Assembly (NCBI GenBank): GCA_031265365.1
Contig: JAISCS010000206.1
Span: 1-43,686 of the forward strand
DNA: 43,686 bases
Direction of reading: 5' to 3'
Source of the DNA: Verrucomicrobiales bacterium
GTDB lineage: Bacteria; Verrucomicrobiota; Verrucomicrobiia; Methylacidiphilales; JAAUTS01
Position numbers and translations under genes: made by a program. The notes below the pieces were generated by a model that saw only the letters and a program-made list of their open reading frames with translations, made no database searches and was not told the DNA's origin. Shown in pieces: positions 40,226 through 43,686 of the stretch. Within the stretch, counting starts at the first letter, position 1. Each line of letters begins with the position of its first letter.

Positions 40226-40712
40226 TCCCCAGCAACGTGCAGCCCAGGAACAGCGGCCACACCGCCTCGGCGAAAATATGTTCCACGGAACCGCCGTCGT
40301 GGTGGAAATGTTTTCGCAGCAGGAAATAATCCCAAAAGTTTTCGCAAATGTTCTTGATAATGCCGAGGTGCCGGCTCGGAATCCGCAGCACCCAGCAGCC
40401 GAACAAATACGCGCCGGCATAGTAAAACGGCGCGGTGAACACGTTGGTCACCCACTGAATCGCGAACGTCAGCGGGATGTTGGCGCGGAACACGATGGCG
40501 AGAAAAGTGGAGATAATCGTGTGCAGGCCGAAGAACGGCGACAACGCCACCAGCAACCCGATGCAACCGGCCCGCGCCACCGCGTTCCGGCGCGGCAGCC
40601 ACAATTTCTTCTCCAACAGACAATCCCCCAGCCAGCCGTGCATCCACCCGCCGCGCAATTTCGCGCGGGAGAGACCGGCCCGATGCAAGCGGCGGTAAAA
40701 TTTCAGTTTCAT
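40149..40712 (-). CDS. DUF2062 domain membrane protein
   Basis: LW.P.R.AVAR, PFFG.H, RANIP, WVTNVFT..PFY pattern. Confidence 0.85.
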   Translation of the reverse strand: MKLKFYRRLHRAGLSRAKLRGGWMHGWLGDCLLEKKLWLPRRNAVARAGCIGLLVALSPFFGLHTIISTFLAIVFRANIPLTFAIQWVTNVFTAPFYYAGAYLFGCWVLRIPSRHLGIIKNICENFWDYFLLRKHFHHDGGSVEHIFAEAVWPLFLGCTLLGIICGVTTYLLVKWLWRGQGTAGRSA

Positions 40713-41590
40713 TGGTCGTCCAGCGTTTCCGGCGCCGCCACGAATTGTTTGGCCAAGTCCCGCGCCGTGGCGACGTTGGCGGGGGACATGATGTCGGCGA
40801 GACGGCCGGCGTCCTCCCGCGCCTGTTCGTCACCGGCGGCGGCGGCGATGAGGTACCACTTCAGCGCGCTGACATAGTCCGGCGTTTGGCCCGATTCGTG
40901 CAGCACGGCGAGATTGTATTGCGCGGTGACAGAGCCTTGGCCGGCGGCGCGGGCCAGCCATTTGAGGCCCAGCGGCAAATTTTGCTCCACACCGTTGCCC
41001 TGCGCGTACATCAAACCCAAATCGTTCTGCGCCTTCGCCACGCCACGGCCGGCGGCTTTTTCAAACCATGCCGCCGCTTGCTTGCCATCGGCCAGCACGC
41101 CCCAGCCCTTCATGTAGCAAATGCCCAACGCGCTTTGCGCGTCGAGGTCGCCGGCCTCCGCCGCGCGGCGGAGCCACTCCGCGCCAGCCTTGCTGTCCTG
41201 CGCGGTGCCGATGCCTTGCAAGTGCATTTTGCCGAGATTGAACATCGCCGGCGCGCAGCCCGCCGCCGCTGACTTTTGATACCACGCCATCGCCGCCGCG
41301 AGGTCAGGCTCGACGCCGTGGCCGTTGGCCAGGCAAACGCCGGTCATGTTCATCGCGCGCGGATTCCCGGCGTCAGCGGCCTTCCGCAACCACTCGTAGC
41401 CCTTGCGTTGGTCGCCCGGCGCTTTGCCGCCCTGCAAGTACATCACGCCCAGCTTCATCATGGATTCCGCGTCGCCGGCTGACGCTGACTTGGCAATTTG
41501 CTCCGGCGTTGGCAATTCCGCGCCGCTGACCCTGACCATCACCATCAGCGCCGCCGCCACAATTATCAATCGCGAATTATCCATCGCCAA
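40709..41590 (-). CDS. Sel1 repeat protein, secreted
   Basis: About six A..NLG.MY..G.GV..D...A..W..KAA repeats; start at TTG 41590 or ATG 41584. Confidence 0.9.
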   Translation of the reverse strand: MAMDNSRLIIVAAALMVMVRVSGAELPTPEQIAKSASAGDAESMMKLGVMYLQGGKAPGDQRKGYEWLRKAADAGNPRAMNMTGVCLANGHGVEPDLAAAMAWYQKSAAAGCAPAMFNLGKMHLQGIGTAQDSKAGAEWLRRAAEAGDLDAQSALGICYMKGWGVLADGKQAAAWFEKAAGRGVAKAQNDLGLMYAQGNGVEQNLPLGLKWLARAAGQGSVTAQYNLAVLHESGQTPDYVSALKWYLIAAAAGDEQAREDAGRLADIMSPANVATARDLAKQFVAAPETLDDQ

Positions 41591-41593
41591 TCC

Positions 41594-42328
41594 CTACGCC
41601 CCCATGCCAATCCGCACCGCCAGCGGCTCCGGCAAACCGGCCTGCCGGATTTTTTCCTGCGCCCGCGCCAAGTCATACGCCAGCCGGCGGTATTCAATCC
41701 GGTTTTCCGCCGGCGTGTAAATCACATAACTCGCCCGCCAATCATGGTCGCGCGGCTGGCCCACCGCGCCGACGTTAATCAAATAGCGCGTCCCCCTTTG
41801 CAACTCAAGGCGGGCCGGCCGGGGCAACTCGCGCACACCGTTGTACTTGGCGAAAATCCGGGCGACGTGCGTATGCCCGTAGAAACACAGCGGCGTGTTC
41901 TGGTAAATGAAACTGCTCTCCGCCTCCAGTTCCGTGGAAACGTAATTCCACTTGGCCGGCTCGTCGAGGGAGGAATGCACCACCGTGAACTGGCCGACGC
42001 GCAGGCTCATCGGCAGCGCGGCGAGCCAGCGTTTGTCGTCATCCGACAGCCGCTTGCGGGAGAACGCGATGCCCTCGCCGGCCAGCGCGTTGAAGTTCCG
42101 CGCCTCGCGGGTCTCGGCGACCATCTCGTCGTGATTGCCCTTGATGACGGGGCAGTTCAATTCCCGCACCAGCCGCAGACACGCGCGCGGGTCGGCGTTG
42201 TAACCCACGATATCGCCGAGGCAAATCGGATGGGTCACGCCCTGCGCCACCATGTCGTCCAGCACGACGCGCAACGCCTCCAGATTGCTGTGGATGTCGC
42301 TAAAGATACCGTATTTGATTTTGAGCAT
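41594..42328 (-). CDS. Metallophosphoesterase (calcineurin-like)
   Basis: SDIHSN, LGDIVGY, GNHD, GHTH, NVGAVGQPRD. Confidence 0.93.
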   Translation of the reverse strand: MLKIKYGIFSDIHSNLEALRVVLDDMVAQGVTHPICLGDIVGYNADPRACLRLVRELNCPVIKGNHDEMVAETREARNFNALAGEGIAFSRKRLSDDDKRWLAALPMSLRVGQFTVVHSSLDEPAKWNYVSTELEAESSFIYQNTPLCFYGHTHVARIFAKYNGVRELPRPARLELQRGTRYLINVGAVGQPRDHDWRASYVIYTPAENRIEYRRLAYDLARAQEKIRQAGLPEPLAVRIGMGA

Positions 42329-42416
42329 AAGCCGCTGTCAGTGGGCTTAGATTAGGCGATAAATTGAAATCATCCAGCCTAATTTATGGTTGGCCGGTTA
42401 ACACGGGGCAAGTCAA

Positions 42417-42509
42417 CAACGTAGCACAGGCAATCCTGCCTGTGTATTAAACATGGAGCGGCGCTGCCACTCTGACACAAACACAGGCAGGATTGCCTGT
42501 GCTACGTTG
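42417..42509. repeat. GTAG-type REP doublet (REPIN)
   Basis: Perfect 29-bp inverted arms 42417-42445 / 42481-42509; each arm is GTAG followed by the hairpin CACAGGC-AATCCT-GCCTGTG. Confidence 0.9.
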
Positions 42510-42516
42510 GTTACGG

Positions 42517-43686
42517 TCAGCGGCGGCGGCGCAGGGTCGTCACCAGCAGCGCCGCGCCGATGGTCAGCAGCAGCCACGTTGAAGGCTCTGGTATTTGGGC
42601 GTGCAACAGCAGGTTGTTGCCCTCCAGTATGAAGTGGTAATCGTAGCCGCGTGTGTCGGTCACGTTGAGGTTGTCCAAATTGCCGACCACACTCTCGAAG
42701 CCGGATACGATTTGCCAGCTTGCCGTGTCAAAGTCCGGCGTGTAGTCGGCGGATAGAAAATTCAGCCGGATGGTGGCGTAGTCCTCGAACGTCAGCGTCG
42801 CGTTGTTATTCAGGCTAACAATCATGTCGTTGGTCAGGTCGTCCGCGATGTCAATGTCCAGGAACGCGCCAGCTTTGAACGTCAGCGCCTCCACGTAATC
42901 GCCGAGGAACAGCGTGCCGGCTTGCAGCTTGCCGCTGAGGTCGCCGGGGGCGATGCGGCCGCCGCTGTTGACGGTGACGGTGTCTTTCGTGCCTGTCGTG
43001 CCGCCGATGTTGAGTTGACTGCCCTCCACGTCGGTGAAATTCACGGTGCCGTTGCCGCTGAGCTTGGTGATTTCCACGCGGCTGTTGTTGCCCACCGTCA
43101 GCGCGCCGCCGAGGTCCACGCGCAATTCGCTGTTGGTGATGGCGTGCGAATGATTAGCCAAGGCGAGGCCCTGCACCAAGGTCGAGCCGCCGTAGCTGTT
43201 GGAGCCGGACAGGGTGGTGATGCCCGCTTGCGCCAAAATCAGGCCGGGCGCGGGGTCGTCGGCGTCGAGGTCGTTGGTCAGCGTCAGTTCGGGGCCGAAG
43301 GTCATGGGGTTCAGGGCGCCGTACACGATGAGCGCGCGCGTGCCACTGCTGATGGTGCCGGTGCCGGTGATGGTGATTCCGGCGCTGTTGTGCTGCCCGC
43401 CGAGCAACACGCCGCTGGTGATGGTCAGCTTGGCGTTGATGGTCTGCGTCGTGTTCAGGCCGGCCTTCAGCGCGTTGATGGTTTGGTCGGTATTGAGGGT
43501 GTTGTGACCGCTCAGATACACATTAGTATTGACGCCAGAGGTGAAGTTGGTGGCGTATTCGGCAGCCGTCAGCGGGCGGAAGCCATCCTCGGATGTGTAG
43601 GTCACCAAATCAGTGCCGGCGTATTGGTACAGGTCATAGCTCAACCAGTTACTATTATAGTTGCCACTCATGCCAGAATTGGCCGC
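42517..43686 (-). CDS. PEP-CTERM surface protein with autotransporter-associated beta-strand-like repeat (5' end outside window)
   Basis: C-terminal IPEPSTWLLLTIGAALLVTTLRRRR; G.TTLSGSNSYGGST.V..G motif; frame open to the window edge. Confidence 0.92.
   Translation of the reverse strand, partial: AANSGMSGNYNSNWLSYDLYQYAGTDLVTYTSEDGFRPLTAAEYATNFTSGVNTNVYLSGHNTLNTDQTINALKAGLNTTQTINAKLTITSGVLLGGQHNSAGITITGTGTISSGTRALIVYGALNPMTFGPELTLTNDLDADDPAPGLILAQAGITTLSGSNSYGGSTLVQGLALANHSHAITNSELRVDLGGALTVGNNSRVEITKLSGNGTVNFTDVEGSQLNIGGTTGTKDTVTVNSGGRIAPGDLSGKLQAGTLFLGDYVEALTFKAGAFLDIDIADDLTNDMIVSLNNNATLTFEDYATIRLNFLSADYTPDFDTASWQIVSGFESVVGNLDNLNVTDTRGYDYHFILEGNNLLLHAQIPEPSTWLLLTIGAALLVTTLRRRR

Overview
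GC-rich bacterial chromosomal window, most likely Verrucomicrobiota. This is inferred from a double-length UvrA, an exosortase-associated EpsI, a PEP-CTERM protein and a Verru_Chthon-cassette-A-like giant pilin-leader protein. About 34 CDSs are mostly housekeeping (gltX, ogt, hisG, uvrA, guaB, gmhA, lptF/G, gdhA, maf, prc, phoH-HD-ybeY, pit, cls, recO, pgeF), plus one tRNA-Leu(TAG). The unusual content lies in the repeat layer. (1) A GxxExxY nuclease gene sits between two hairpins that are direct repeats of each other, and gene-less hairpins of the same 7-/9-nt-periodic style occur at several other intergenic sites. (2) The same kinds of arms are embedded in frame in uvrA (six arm-like inserts plus a 21-bp array), cls and a Sel1 gene. 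(3) A ~200-245 bp MITE with GGTTC...GAACC ends and 8-bp target duplications carries a REP-like palindrome and nests inside other hairpins. (4) A G11 tract puts the start of the 1,300+ aa pilin-leader gene out of frame, which suggests phase variation. (5) Kilobase-scale patches show extreme G/C strand skew. (6) Two small ORFs were missed by the ORF track. All product calls come from motif recognition only; no searches were run.
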